This document shows, one piece after another, positions 29,063 to 39,169 of a DNA stretch of 64,000 nucleotides (position 1 is its first letter; each line of letters begins with the position of its first letter). Position numbers and translations under genes: made by a program. Below the pieces are notes generated by a model that saw only the letters and a list, made by a program, of their open reading frames with translations, was not told the DNA's origin and did no database searches. The stretch covers positions 74,362 through 138,361 of the IMG/VR virus record IMGVR_UViG_3300028888_000061, one strand, 5' to 3'. This stretch comes from a virus (lineage: Duplodnaviria > Caudoviricetes).

Positions 29063-29143
29063 GCTTTAGTCTCCTGAAATGTGTCCCACACTCCCGTATA
29101 TTGTCTGATATCGTGTTTACACTAAGTGCTTCAAGCGCAAAAC

Positions 29144-29250
29144 AAAAAATCGCGTAGAACAGCTCAAATTTGCTCTCTACGCGATTTTTTGTTCCATAGG
29201 TGTACTTACTAGGGTGATGCCGTAACTTTTTCGTACAGGTTAAATTTTGC
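29144..29250. repeat. dispersed intergenic repeat, copy 3, with hairpin
   Basis: AAAAAATCGCGTAGA...TCTACGCGATTTTTT hairpin followed by GTGTACTTACTAGGGT and CGTAACTTTTT.GTACAGG as in copy 1. Confidence 0.75.
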
Positions 29251-29268
29251 TACTCTCGTGAGGATGTT

Positions 29269-29628
29269 TTACGAAGCAACGCCACCTGCATACTTGAGTG
29301 ATACGGTCATCAGGTCTTTATCCACAAGCATGTAAAACTTGAAGTAGATGGAGCGAGACTTTACGTCAACCGTGTATTCGCTCGTTTGCAAAATCATGCC
29401 GTCTATTGCGTTTATGCAGTTACGTATTTCTGCATGAATTTCACGAAGTGTGACCTGATTCAATGGTGCGTATTTGAACTTGTGCAAATTGCTGCCGAAA
29501 TTCGGGTAGTACGGTCTTGTGCCTTTTGGTGTGTTCAATATATACGCAAGGTATTCACGGACGGCATCAGAACCTGTATCCCATACAAAGTTTCTGTTGT
29601 GGTATTTTTCAGAGAATGTACGTAGCAT
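29269..29628 (-). CDS. baseplate wedge protein (gp25/GPW-like)
   Basis: ILNTPKGTRPYYPNFGSNL signature. Confidence 0.9.
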   Translation of the reverse strand: MLRTFSEKYHNRNFVWDTGSDAVREYLAYILNTPKGTRPYYPNFGSNLHKFKYAPLNQVTLREIHAEIRNCINAIDGMILQTSEYTVDVKSRSIYFKFYMLVDKDLMTVSLKYAGGVAS

Positions 29629-29635
29629 AAGATTT

Positions 29636-30565
29636 CTACTCTGTCAGTGACCGGTGAAGCTCCAATAGCTTCCAGAATACATCTTGTTTTGATTGCACGT
29701 ATTTGAGCACTGCTTTTTTTACTCTGTGCCCATACGTTGTTTGCGCTTGTCTGACTAGCTTTCCGTACCCACCTGAGTTTCCCATTACGTCTCCGTCCAT
29801 AACACGTCCAAGAAAGGTCATTATTGATGACTCTACTTTCCATGCTTCCATTGAGTCCATTACTTCAAACAGTGTTTTTGTGAATGCTTCTGTGTCACGG
29901 TCTCCGATTCTGACGAACAGTGGGTAAACACTAACGTCTTTCATCTGCTTCTTTGTCGGCATACCTTTTTTGAGTAAAAGACTTTTCAGCATCAGATTAA
30001 GAAATTCAGGCATCCGTTCTGAAAACTCTTTCTGGAAGTATCCGATTCTGCTGCGTGTTTTTTCATTTTCTTTTGGGTAGAACCATGTGATGTAATCTCG
30101 TATTTTGAAGAATTTAACGACCTTCTCTTCACCAAGATGCTTTTTCAGAACGCAGTTTTCTTTGTCTTCGATGTCGAACATTTCAGTAAGTACGATGTAG
30201 TTCTTTATGAACTCAAGCCGTTCAAGCACTGTCTCTGTAACGATTCCTGTGTAGAGGATTCCGCTGAATGATGGACGGTACTTTTTTATGTCATCTGTCA
30301 GGATGAAGTTTGAGTACAGCAAGTGGAAGAAATCCCATTGAGCTTTCGGTGCAACCACGATTCTACGTACCAGGGAAGTTTCATCAAGAAGTCCGCGAGT
30401 TCTTGTTCTCGTGCTTGCTTTCTGAATCAGCTCTATTCGTCTTTGTTGAGAGTTCACCGACCGTTCTTTTGACAATGTTTTCAGCCGGTCATTGAGCAGT
30501 CTTTGTTGTGTTATTCGTTTAAGTAATTCTGTGTCTTGTTTGTAAAGACGTATTTTAAGACCCAC
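29636..30565 (-). CDS. hypothetical protein (possible clamp-loader accessory)
   Basis: AGGAG SD then GTG; next to clamp-loader-like gene. Confidence 0.55.
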   Translation of the reverse strand: MGLKIRLYKQDTELLKRITQQRLLNDRLKTLSKERSVNSQQRRIELIQKASTRTRTRGLLDETSLVRRIVVAPKAQWDFFHLLYSNFILTDDIKKYRPSFSGILYTGIVTETVLERLEFIKNYIVLTEMFDIEDKENCVLKKHLGEEKVVKFFKIRDYITWFYPKENEKTRSRIGYFQKEFSERMPEFLNLMLKSLLLKKGMPTKKQMKDVSVYPLFVRIGDRDTEAFTKTLFEVMDSMEAWKVESSIMTFLGRVMDGDVMGNSGGYGKLVRQAQTTYGHRVKKAVLKYVQSKQDVFWKLLELHRSLTE

Positions 30566-30575
30566 GATGGTTCTC

Positions 30576-31217
30576 CTACTTATGTTCGAGAATGTACGCA
30601 ATTCTGTCTGTCATTCCTGTCCCCATATCTGCACGATTGCATAATGTGTTGACACGGCACAAGTTCCAGGAATGTTTCAAAACTTCTGTCCTGTATGCAT
30701 CAGAGGTCCTTATCATGCCGACAGTTTCTTCTGCCAATTCTTTTCTCACTTCTTGTGGGTTTGCACTTCCGAGTTTTAAAGCACGTGGATGCTTTTTGAT
30801 ATAAGGAAATCTTGACAGGAACGTACTCATTCCGATGTCCTGCGAAGACAGAACAATGACTTTGTGCTGTGTCTCCTCAAGGAATTTCAGCATCTTTGTT
30901 TGTACCTGTATTGCTGTGTCAGCGTTGTCGATAAACGACAAGTTGAATATGACTGGGTAACGGAGTTCAAAATCAATGTCGTCATATCTGCTGATAATGT
31001 TTTGGAGCTCAGTGAGGGTTGTTTCACAGTAGGTTTGGTCTTTTGTGTCTTCATAGGTTTCATCGTCATTCTCGTTATCTGTTTCCACACGAAGTCCGAT
31101 GTTGTTCACTTTGTTTATGAGTTCAGGGTGTTTCTCTCTTAGTACGGTGAGAAATCCTCTCACGGCGTCTCCGAGATACAGCCTTGGGTAAGGTATTTGT
31201 GTCTTTGTGTCGTCCAT
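30576..31217 (-). CDS. degenerate clamp-loader (DnaX/HolB-like) subunit
   Basis: KMLKFLEE...VIVLSS...TFLSRF recalls LLKxLEE...TIxSRC; no Walker A seen. Confidence 0.55.
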   Translation of the reverse strand: MDDTKTQIPYPRLYLGDAVRGFLTVLREKHPELINKVNNIGLRVETDNENDDETYEDTKDQTYCETTLTELQNIISRYDDIDFELRYPVIFNLSFIDNADTAIQVQTKMLKFLEETQHKVIVLSSQDIGMSTFLSRFPYIKKHPRALKLGSANPQEVRKELAEETVGMIRTSDAYRTEVLKHSWNLCRVNTLCNRADMGTGMTDRIAYILEHK

Positions 31218-31688
31218 TTACACACATTTCTCCAATAAGACTGAGATGTCTTTCGTTTTTGTTGTACGTTCAGTCTCACGTGGGTTGTCACGAATGATAA
31301 GCAGCAGTTTCAGCATACTTTCGAGTATGGAATTTTCAATGCAGTCGCCGATACCAAATTCTTTTTCATACATGCACAGTTCGTATTCTGTGTTCTTGTC
31401 CTGACCAACAAGGACAAGACGTAATGTCAGGCGGCTGTTTCTCCATGTGTCCATAGCATGTTCAATCAGTATGTACACAGGTATATCGCATTTTCTACCG
31501 AACATGCCACAAAACAGCTCGAACCTTCTGTTTCGTGACGAGTACACAGGGTTCACGTACCAGAAGTTTTGTTCGAGCCACTTGTCAATATCGTATGCGA
31601 GGTATCGTATGTTTTTGACAACCATGGTGCCTGTGCCTATTGGCTTAGATTTGAAGAGGTGACAGACGGTAAATTGTTGTGTATCCAT
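31218..31688 (-). CDS. hypothetical protein
   Basis: 156-aa ORF in operon. Confidence 0.55.
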   Translation of the reverse strand: MDTQQFTVCHLFKSKPIGTGTMVVKNIRYLAYDIDKWLEQNFWYVNPVYSSRNRRFELFCGMFGRKCDIPVYILIEHAMDTWRNSRLTLRLVLVGQDKNTEYELCMYEKEFGIGDCIENSILESMLKLLLIIRDNPRETERTTKTKDISVLLEKCV

Positions 31689-32895
31689 TGGTCTGTTTGT
31701 CAGAGCGGAATGTCATCGGTTCGTACATTCCTTTCTCTGGGAATTCCAGAGAAACTTTTGACGGAAGTGCTTTGATGATTTTGGTAAGGTATTTCTCATC
31801 AAAGGCGTCTGCTTTTGATTCTGTCTCCGACGTATTCAAGAGTTCTGTTTTCGATGTTTCTATGGAGTCTTCAATCGTTTTTGATTGTCCGCCTCTCACT
31901 TTCAGACTGTTTCCAATGCTGAAATGAACGGGCTTTATTGTGTTTGAGCCTTTTGTGTAGGTTTCTTTGACGCATTTCAGGAAAGACAGGAATTTCGCTT
32001 TGCTTTTACTGTCTAAGGTGAGTTTGTTTGTTTGTGTTTTATCCCATTCTGTAAAGCACTTTGCGTAGTTCGTTTGTCTGGCGTCTTCGTAAAATTTGCC
32101 AAACTCGAACCATCCATCACCTACTGTGTACAGGCATTTGATTGACGCTACGGTCTCTCGTGTGAAGTTTATCACGGATGCTTCATGTGACAGTATGTAC
32201 TCAAGGCAGCGCGCCGGTATGACGTACAGATATCCGGAGAAGAGGTCTTTTCCGGATACGTGTTCTTTTTTCTGTGAAGTCACGCAGACATGATTGTTTG
32301 TCCACATGAGGAAACCTGTTGATGGACAGTAAACGATTTCTGCTTCTGATGCTAAGTCTGCTCTGGATGCTTTTGGGGCTAGTTTCATCGTATCAATGAT
32401 ACGTTGTTTCACACTGTAATTGAACATAAGGGACCTTGCGACGGTTTTATTCTCACCGTACATGATGTCATAGGCTTCTGAGATTTCGTATGAGTCATTT
32501 ACCAGCACCATCGGTGTTTTTCTAAGTACTTCATCGAACTCGTTCTCCAATGTCATGTACGTGTTTTGTGCTTTGTGTCTGATGGATACACTGAAAGCAT
32601 TTTCTGTGTTTGAAAAAAACGATATAAGGTCTTCTGATTTAATGCAAAAACAGAGGTCTTTGTCTAATTTCTGTGCTTCGTTTTTGCTGAGGTATCTGTA
32701 GATGGTTTTTGTTTCGAGACCATACTTGACGGTTTTCCCTTCAATAATTGCATCGTTTATGAAGTAGAGGGTTGTCTTCTTTGCTTCAGCAAAGGATATC
32801 TGTTCAGCAACATGCAGCATGTCGGTTATCTTGAACGTCAGCAATGTTTTTTCGTTGTTCGTCATGTCTTTTACCTTTATGTTTAGATGTCTCAA
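31645..32895 (-). CDS. DNA polymerase sliding clamp, beta-clamp-like
   Basis: ~400 aa; C-terminus FDEKYLTKIIKAL..VSLEF...PMTFR...LSPLQI matches the DnaN C-terminal pattern. Confidence 0.55.
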   Translation of the reverse strand: MRHLNIKVKDMTNNEKTLLTFKITDMLHVAEQISFAEAKKTTLYFINDAIIEGKTVKYGLETKTIYRYLSKNEAQKLDKDLCFCIKSEDLISFFSNTENAFSVSIRHKAQNTYMTLENEFDEVLRKTPMVLVNDSYEISEAYDIMYGENKTVARSLMFNYSVKQRIIDTMKLAPKASRADLASEAEIVYCPSTGFLMWTNNHVCVTSQKKEHVSGKDLFSGYLYVIPARCLEYILSHEASVINFTRETVASIKCLYTVGDGWFEFGKFYEDARQTNYAKCFTEWDKTQTNKLTLDSKSKAKFLSFLKCVKETYTKGSNTIKPVHFSIGNSLKVRGGQSKTIEDSIETSKTELLNTSETESKADAFDEKYLTKIIKALPSKVSLEFPEKGMYEPMTFRSDKQTNGYTTIYRLSPLQI

Positions 32896-33040
32896 GTCCT
32901 CTTAGTGTTGTTAGCCATCCGTTGCTTACTGTGTCTTTACCATAATTTCACGCTGTTTCCTGTTACAGCACCACATATCCCTGACAATCTAAAAGAGTGT
33001 GTGTCATGGTTATGCTGACTTTTTCCTTTGGTGGGTTGCG

Positions 33041-34432
33041 ATGATACGATTTGAAAAGCATTACAGATATGAAAGTGACGATTCCGTGTATGATGGTGTT
33101 ACAGACACGGATGCGTCTTCATGGTTTACTGCGGAGTTTTTGAAACGCAGGTTTTCAGAGTATAATACTCGGTTTTTCGGCGGTCAGATTCCTGAAGTTC
33201 CAGTTAAAATCGGTCGTGTGTCCCAGAAGGTGTTGGGAAAGTGCGTCACTCGGACAAGCGGAGCAACAGCAGAAGACGCAAGAGAGTTCGTTCTGAAACA
33301 GCTGATGGACAAGAAAATTACGGACGATATGGATTCCATTAAGGGTGCTTTGGAACAGTATTACAGTGAGCATCCACAAAGCGTTCATGTAGAGGAAATC
33401 CATATAACTGATGGTAAATGGACGAATCGTTTTTTCTTGGAAGGCACTCTATTGCACGAGATGTGTCATGCCTATCAGATTGAGGTGCTTTGTAAGAGTA
33501 ACATCATCCTGTATTCAAAGGATTGCAAGCTCGGTAAGGGAAGTGCCGGTCACGGTCCTAAATTCTTTGAAGCCGCTGATTTGGTGAACAGCAGTCGTGA
33601 CAACGTGGAAGGGTTTAAGATAACGCAGTACGGCTCGGCAGAAGAGATGTCTCGAAAAGCATATAAGAAAGCGGACGGGTATCTTTATGTCAGGTGTCTT
33701 GCCAATCAGATGATTGAAGTCTCTTTCGTCAGTGCGAAATCTTCAAGGCAGACCGTTGTTGACATGTCAGGCACGTCATACATGTTCGGGTTTCGGGACG
33801 GTGATGTTAAGGCTAAGTTCAAGGTTACCAGACGAACCCAGTTCAAACTTACGAACAAGTATGTCCGTGATGTTGAAGAAGCAATCGTGAATGGTGACTT
33901 GTTTTTGTACGCCGTGAACGAGTATGGTGTATGGGACCGTTTAATCCTTACGGAGAATGACCGTACTGACATTAGTCAGTTTATAGGTTACAATTCTGTT
34001 GTCGATTGCTCGTTGTTCGGGGTCACAGCGAATTATGGCGACTTGGATGACCTTGTAAAGGGTGTTGCTTCAACGGGTGCCAAGTGGTTGGTTAAACGTA
34101 TCAGTCGTGTAATTGAGCGTGCGGGTATTTCAGAGCAGTACGTTCGCATCTATCCTGAATCTTTTGAGTCTATGTTCGCAATTACTGATGAAGACAGTAT
34201 TTCATTTTATGGACGCTGTCTGAATCAGCCGGAAGATGGTCGTCTTTCGTTCTCAGCACTCAAGCGTCCGTTTACAGAAAGAAGACACCGTAGGTCGTAT
34301 GAGATGAATGCTTCCGATTTATCAGATAAAGTGGACGATGCCTTATTCTCTCTGTTCGATTTTGACAACAGCGATGTGTCAGTAGACAGTAATGGTGACC
34401 TTGTGATGGAAGTCGAACATCACGTTCTTTAA
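33041..34432 (+). CDS. SprT-like zinc metalloprotease with R-x-E leader
   Basis: YNTRFFGG...TLLHEMCH...GHGPKF SprT motifs; leader MIRFEKHYRYES. Confidence 0.85.
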   Translation: MIRFEKHYRYESDDSVYDGVTDTDASSWFTAEFLKRRFSEYNTRFFGGQIPEVPVKIGRVSQKVLGKCVTRTSGATAEDAREFVLKQLMDKKITDDMDSIKGALEQYYSEHPQSVHVEEIHITDGKWTNRFFLEGTLLHEMCHAYQIEVLCKSNIILYSKDCKLGKGSAGHGPKFFEAADLVNSSRDNVEGFKITQYGSAEEMSRKAYKKADGYLYVRCLANQMIEVSFVSAKSSRQTVVDMSGTSYMFGFRDGDVKAKFKVTRRTQFKLTNKYVRDVEEAIVNGDLFLYAVNEYGVWDRLILTENDRTDISQFIGYNSVVDCSLFGVTANYGDLDDLVKGVASTGAKWLVKRISRVIERAGISEQYVRIYPESFESMFAITDEDSISFYGRCLNQPEDGRLSFSALKRPFTERRHRRSYEMNASDLSDKVDDALFSLFDFDNSDVSVDSNGDLVMEVEHHVL

Positions 34433-34448
34433 GTGTGGGCTTTTTATT

Positions 34449-36137
34449 ATGGCAAGCAGATTAAAGGGTAGAGATTACACAACGTTGCGCCGAGAACTCA
34501 TTGAGATGGTTCGTCAGCGTGTGCCTGTGGACTGGAATCCTAATAACATAGCAGACCCGCTGATAGCCGTCATTGAAGCCATTGCTTTAGCCGGGGACCA
34601 TCTGCATTATTACATCGATTCGTGGCGACGTGAATGCGATATGGCAACAGCCACACTTCAGTCGAGTATTTATTCGTATGCACTTCGTGAGGGATACAGT
34701 ATGGTTCTCCCTCGTGGTAGTCGTGTCCGGGCTTTTATTCAGCCTACACCTGAGCGTGACGAACGTGGCGAGATAATTGATGGTCAGGAGCACGTCCCTG
34801 TTCCTGTTGACCTTCCAAGGTTTACCCAATTCAATGCACCTGGTATTTCAAAGTCTTTGTTTGCAGTTAAAGACTTTACAAAGGTCGTTTCTTATTACGG
34901 CAAGACGGTTGTTTCAGAGCAGTGTATTGATTTAGTGTGCGGTGAGCTCAATTCAATCACATTTCGTTACTCTGATATTGATGCGTATTCTCGCATTGAG
35001 CTTCCAGACCCTTACATCGACGGAGAACTTGTTGAGCTCACAAGTACAACACCTACTGGTGGTACAGTCGTTTGGGAGTGTGTCTCTGATGTTGTCACAA
35101 AGGGGTTGCAGGGAAATGTTTACTCTTTAGTTCCGACTTTTGTCTCAGGGGCAACAAGACTTTACATTGAGTTCCCTTTGAATTACAGGAATCTTATTAC
35201 GTCTTCACGTGTTTTGTTTACGTTCCGTTTCGTCTCTGTGTCGAACATTACTCGGCCACTTCCGATTACATTGACAACGGCTGTGATTTCGTCAGACCAG
35301 GTTGAGATTTCAGGTATTGATGAGCTTGGTGGTTATTCTGGATATGAAACTGCTGATGCAGTCCGCCGAAATTACCCGCTGTACACACGTGACTTTACAG
35401 CATTGCTTACTAAGCAGGATTATCGCCTGTACTTGTCTTATCGTTATGGTGGTCGTATTCTTGTGTACGACAAGCAGGACGAATATGACAGTCAGGATTA
35501 TGAGCATGGCGTGTTTGGTTTGTGGGAACGCAGCATGTACGTGATTAGTGAGCTTCCTTATAGAGCGAGGGAACTTGCGAAATACGATTTGGCTTCTCGG
35601 TCTTCTCGTTCAGACATGATATGGATGATTCCTTTCGGGTATTATGCTTATGGTATCCTTGTTGTGGTTAATGTTGATTTAGCAAAGGTGTCTGAGGATG
35701 AGATTTCAACGCTTACGGAACGTGCCTTGTTGAATCTCTATAACGGTACCGATGAAATCAAGGGTCCTATACAGTCGGTTATTTTATCGACCGTTCACGG
35801 CGTCAGCGAACATATTGCGAATGTTCAGGCTATGTTGTTTAAATATCATGGTTCCCAGTTTCAGGGGATAATGACGATGAATAAACCGTCTGCAAAGAAT
35901 CAGGAACTGCAGAAGACGTTAAACGGGTTTACAAGCGATTATGCGTACAAGGTCAAGAACTGTATGCCTAAGCATGTGAGCGGATTTTCTGACTATAACG
36001 ATGCGGTTCTTCACTGGACACTTGGTTATGATTCAGAAGAGATAGACACGTATGAGGAAGGAACACAGGAGTATGAAGATACGCATTTCCTGATTCCATT
36101 CTGTCAGAAAGTGACTGTGTGGGTATATTCCATTTAG
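34449..36137 (+). CDS. baseplate wedge protein (gp6/J-like)
   Basis: RDYTTLRRELI...DW...LHYYID...ATATLQSSI...GYS; GGYSGYET...ALLTKQDY. Confidence 0.85.
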   Translation: MASRLKGRDYTTLRRELIEMVRQRVPVDWNPNNIADPLIAVIEAIALAGDHLHYYIDSWRRECDMATATLQSSIYSYALREGYSMVLPRGSRVRAFIQPTPERDERGEIIDGQEHVPVPVDLPRFTQFNAPGISKSLFAVKDFTKVVSYYGKTVVSEQCIDLVCGELNSITFRYSDIDAYSRIELPDPYIDGELVELTSTTPTGGTVVWECVSDVVTKGLQGNVYSLVPTFVSGATRLYIEFPLNYRNLITSSRVLFTFRFVSVSNITRPLPITLTTAVISSDQVEISGIDELGGYSGYETADAVRRNYPLYTRDFTALLTKQDYRLYLSYRYGGRILVYDKQDEYDSQDYEHGVFGLWERSMYVISELPYRARELAKYDLASRSSRSDMIWMIPFGYYAYGILVVVNVDLAKVSEDEISTLTERALLNLYNGTDEIKGPIQSVILSTVHGVSEHIANVQAMLFKYHGSQFQGIMTMNKPSAKNQELQKTLNGFTSDYAYKVKNCMPKHVSGFSDYNDAVLHWTLGYDSEEIDTYEEGTQEYEDTHFLIPFCQKVTVWVYSI

Positions 36138-36140
36138 CGG

Positions 36141-37385
36141 ATGGGTAGTTCACTTATGAGAGCAATGACGGAATACCTGGCAGAACATCTGCCTATCATA
36201 GAACTTCTTCTTGAGGAGTTCCGACTGTCCATAAAAGACCACGCACGTGAGCTTGCGGATTCATTACAGCTTTATGGTATGGATGCCGACACTGTACGTG
36301 CAAAACTGGACATGCTTGGTATGGATGTCGGTGAACTTGAAGAGACCTGGGTTCCGTCACCACAGTTCTACAAGCTGTACAGAAGGATTATCCGTAACCG
36401 TTCTACGAGTGGTTCTGTTCAGACTCTTGTTCGTACAGGCGGACAGCTTGAGGCCAGTTACCGTACACTGGACGAGATGAATTTCTACAAGAATCTTAAC
36501 GTGTACAGGGATTATCAGAACCCAACGGTCTTTGGTAAAGACGGTTACTTTTATACCGTTTATGACCCGAAGTATCCTGTCTCCTCTAATGCTCTTATTC
36601 GTAACGCTTTGCCCGCAGGATATTCTCTGTTCTTTGTCACTCAGTTTTACGGTCACGAAGACTCTGAGATTTTTCAGTATGATACGATAATCACAAACGC
36701 TCCGCTTTACAGAGACCCATATACGGAACATCTCGACAATGACCGTGTGTACATTTCAGACTTTCCTGATGATGCTGTAAATGAATGTGACCTTGTTTTT
36801 GATTACGTTCTTCACGAAGCTCTCCGGCTGTCAAACGTAAAGGGTATCATGCCACAACACGACATGGGATGGTCTCTTGGAGGTTTGTCTGTTCGCTCGA
36901 AAACTCTTGGAGATTTGTTCCGTGAGCGTGATGTACGTACACAACCGAAGAACAAAACATGGGTTGAACTTCTTAACCATCAAGGTACAGGACTTGTAAA
37001 TGAAGGGCAGCATTATGTTCATGCCGGTGTTGTAACTGGTGTTCAGCGTGTTCGTGAGGACGGACTTGTGATTACCGACTCTATGCAGTATCACAAGGAG
37101 ATGATTGTTTCGGAACGTCAGGAGTTCGACATTCTCCATGAAGCTGTTAATATACCTGTTCCCGATGATGACTCACGCATCTATGTTGACATTGTTGTTC
37201 CAGTTTCTCCGACGGATGTTGTTGATGTTGGTACGTTTGAAGATGTACCTACGGGTGTTATTCCGTTTTCGGTGCGTTCGACGGCAGCTTGTGTTGTTGA
37301 GTCGGATGACGATGTTGTTTCTTGTGATTTGGTTGCAGACGTTGGTACGATTGAGTTGTCAATCTTTGAAATTCCTGAGATGTAA
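36141..37385 (+). CDS. probable baseplate protein (gp7/I-like)
   Basis: Directly follows J-like gene; ALPAGY motif. Confidence 0.5.
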   Translation: MGSSLMRAMTEYLAEHLPIIELLLEEFRLSIKDHARELADSLQLYGMDADTVRAKLDMLGMDVGELEETWVPSPQFYKLYRRIIRNRSTSGSVQTLVRTGGQLEASYRTLDEMNFYKNLNVYRDYQNPTVFGKDGYFYTVYDPKYPVSSNALIRNALPAGYSLFFVTQFYGHEDSEIFQYDTIITNAPLYRDPYTEHLDNDRVYISDFPDDAVNECDLVFDYVLHEALRLSNVKGIMPQHDMGWSLGGLSVRSKTLGDLFRERDVRTQPKNKTWVELLNHQGTGLVNEGQHYVHAGVVTGVQRVREDGLVITDSMQYHKEMIVSERQEFDILHEAVNIPVPDDDSRIYVDIVVPVSPTDVVDVGTFEDVPTGVIPFSVRSTAACVVESDDDVVSCDLVADVGTIELSIFEIPEM

Positions 37386-37387
37386 GC

Positions 37388-37897
37388 ATGAGTTCTAAGG
37401 AAAAACAAGTCGCTGTCGAAGCAGTTTATAGCATGTTTTCTTATGCAAGTTTGCATGTGTGTCTGTTTCATATCAGCAAGTTATTTGAGGGTTTTTCCGT
37501 TTCAAACTTCTCTAGGTTTTGTGACTGTCTTGAACATTATGAGAATTATCGCTCGAATGATTCTGTTGTTATGGCAGAACTTTATACCGAGGAGCGTATT
37601 CAGCAACTTTTTTCAGACTCACGATGTTTGATGAAACCTGATGTGTTTGTATCTAACGGAATAATAACGATTTACACACACGGTGTTGGTTGGTACGTTT
37701 TCCATGATATGGGAACTTTGAAGACTGTCAGTGAATGGGCACTTCAAAAGTATGTGCAGTACGACACTTTGTTTAAGACTTGCGGCATTGACATTGACCC
37801 ATACGAAGAGTTTCGGAAGTGTGTGTCAAACAAGAAGGCAGTAAATTCACGTCGCAATAAGATTTCTCGTTCTACCAAGAGAGTTTGTGATGCTTAA
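37388..37897 (+). CDS. hypothetical protein
   Basis: 169-aa ORF in operon. Confidence 0.6.
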   Translation: MSSKEKQVAVEAVYSMFSYASLHVCLFHISKLFEGFSVSNFSRFCDCLEHYENYRSNDSVVMAELYTEERIQQLFSDSRCLMKPDVFVSNGIITIYTHGVGWYVFHDMGTLKTVSEWALQKYVQYDTLFKTCGIDIDPYEEFRKCVSNKKAVNSRRNKISRSTKRVCDA

Positions 37898-38198
37898 GAT
37901 TGTTATTGAGAGTTTTGAGTTTCTTTCCGACAGTTGCAGTCGTCTTGAAGTGTTTCACTTTACAGACGGCTCTAAGAAACTCTTCTGTGTGTTTGAGTTA
38001 AATGCACTTACGTTGTCGTTTTTTAACACAGCAGACATGATGAAGATTTACCATATTCAGATTTCATCAGAGTATGGTGTTGTTGATGACGGCTCTTTTG
38101 TCTGTACTGAGATTTCTTGTGCTTCTGACAAGGGTATGTCTGTTTGTTTCGTCCCTTATGGTGTATGCCGACAGACAAAGAGGGTATTCCATGACTGA
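37887..38198 (+). CDS. hypothetical protein
   Basis: Overlaps both neighbours in operon fashion. Confidence 0.5.
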   Translation: MMLKIVIESFEFLSDSCSRLEVFHFTDGSKKLFCVFELNALTLSFFNTADMMKIYHIQISSEYGVVDDGSFVCTEISCASDKGMSVCFVPYGVCRQTKRVFHD

Positions 38199-38832
38199 TT
38201 CGCTTTTTGCTTCGTTTCGTAAGGCTGTGTTGGCAGGCTTGTTTATTTCGCTTGGGTGTATTGTCAATTTGATGGTCGGCGGTGCTCTCGGAGCTTTTTT
38301 GTTTTCGTTTGGATTGTTGTCTGTTGTTCTGTATGGTGTTCCGTTGTACACCGGAAAGGCAGGATTCTGTTCGACCATTGATGACCTTAAAAGACTTTGT
38401 GTTATTCTGTTAGGTAATATCGTTGGTGCGTTTCTTCTCGCTGTTTGCGTTCATTTCTGCTTTCCAGAGGTGTCTGTCGCCTCAGAAAACATCTTGTCTT
38501 CTCGTTTGTCGTCAGATGTTCCTCGTGCTGTACTTGCTTCTATTCTGTGTGGTTTTGTGATGACTACGGTTGTTCGGTTTGCACGACGAACAGAATTTTC
38601 ACAAAACAATCAAAAGTATGATGGCAATTTGGTGGTTCTACTACTTGGTATTCCATTGTTCATCTTGTCCGGGTATTGGCATAGCATTGCTGATGCTTTT
38701 TATTATTCCGTGTGTTTGACGTTCAGTGTCAAGTTACTTGTCGTTTACCTTATTACGGTTGTTGGCAACTTCATCGGATGCAATTTGTACAATCTCATTT
38801 CTGGTGGAACTGTCTTTGTCCGTGATAAATAG
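38191..38832 (+). CDS. formate/nitrite transporter (FNT, FocA/NirC-like)
   Basis: AVLAGLFISLG, FSFGL..LYTG, GNIVG, FILSGYWHSIAD, GNFIG; ~6 TM. Confidence 0.85.
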   Translation: MTDSLFASFRKAVLAGLFISLGCIVNLMVGGALGAFLFSFGLLSVVLYGVPLYTGKAGFCSTIDDLKRLCVILLGNIVGAFLLAVCVHFCFPEVSVASENILSSRLSSDVPRAVLASILCGFVMTTVVRFARRTEFSQNNQKYDGNLVVLLLGIPLFILSGYWHSIADAFYYSVCLTFSVKLLVVYLITVVGNFIGCNLYNLISGGTVFVRDK

Positions 38833-38852
38833 TTGTATCGTGGAGAGTTTTT

Positions 38853-39137
38853 ATGATAAAAAAACGAGAGTCTAAAAAATCCTTCAAACGTGAGGGTTTG
38901 TGGGATACGTTTATCGACCACGGACATGAAATTTTACTTGCCACATCCCTATTGGATTCTGTGATAAATAAGACGATTTCCACAAAGAGACAGCTTGTCC
39001 GTGCTGAAGAGACGGGCGAGGATGAAGCTGCCTCAACTGCACTACAGCAGTATATTGACGAAATCCATGAAATTTCTGCTCGCATGGAGGATTTGGACAT
39101 GATAGACCCTACATGGGAGCGTAAGCGATACCTGTAA
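38853..39137 (+). CDS. small protein with basic R/K-x-E leader
   Basis: MIKKRESKKSFKREG then helical acidic body; GGAGAG SD. Confidence 0.65.
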   Translation: MIKKRESKKSFKREGLWDTFIDHGHEILLATSLLDSVINKTISTKRQLVRAEETGEDEAASTALQQYIDEIHEISARMEDLDMIDPTWERKRYL

Positions 39138-39169
39138 TCATTTTTCTTTTTGTTAAGGAGAGATGTCGT

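Noticed and set aside
38025-38035. 11-nt match (AACACAGCAGA) to the TnpB guide as a self-target
   Set aside because: Not preceded by the TTGAT TAM and short enough to be chance
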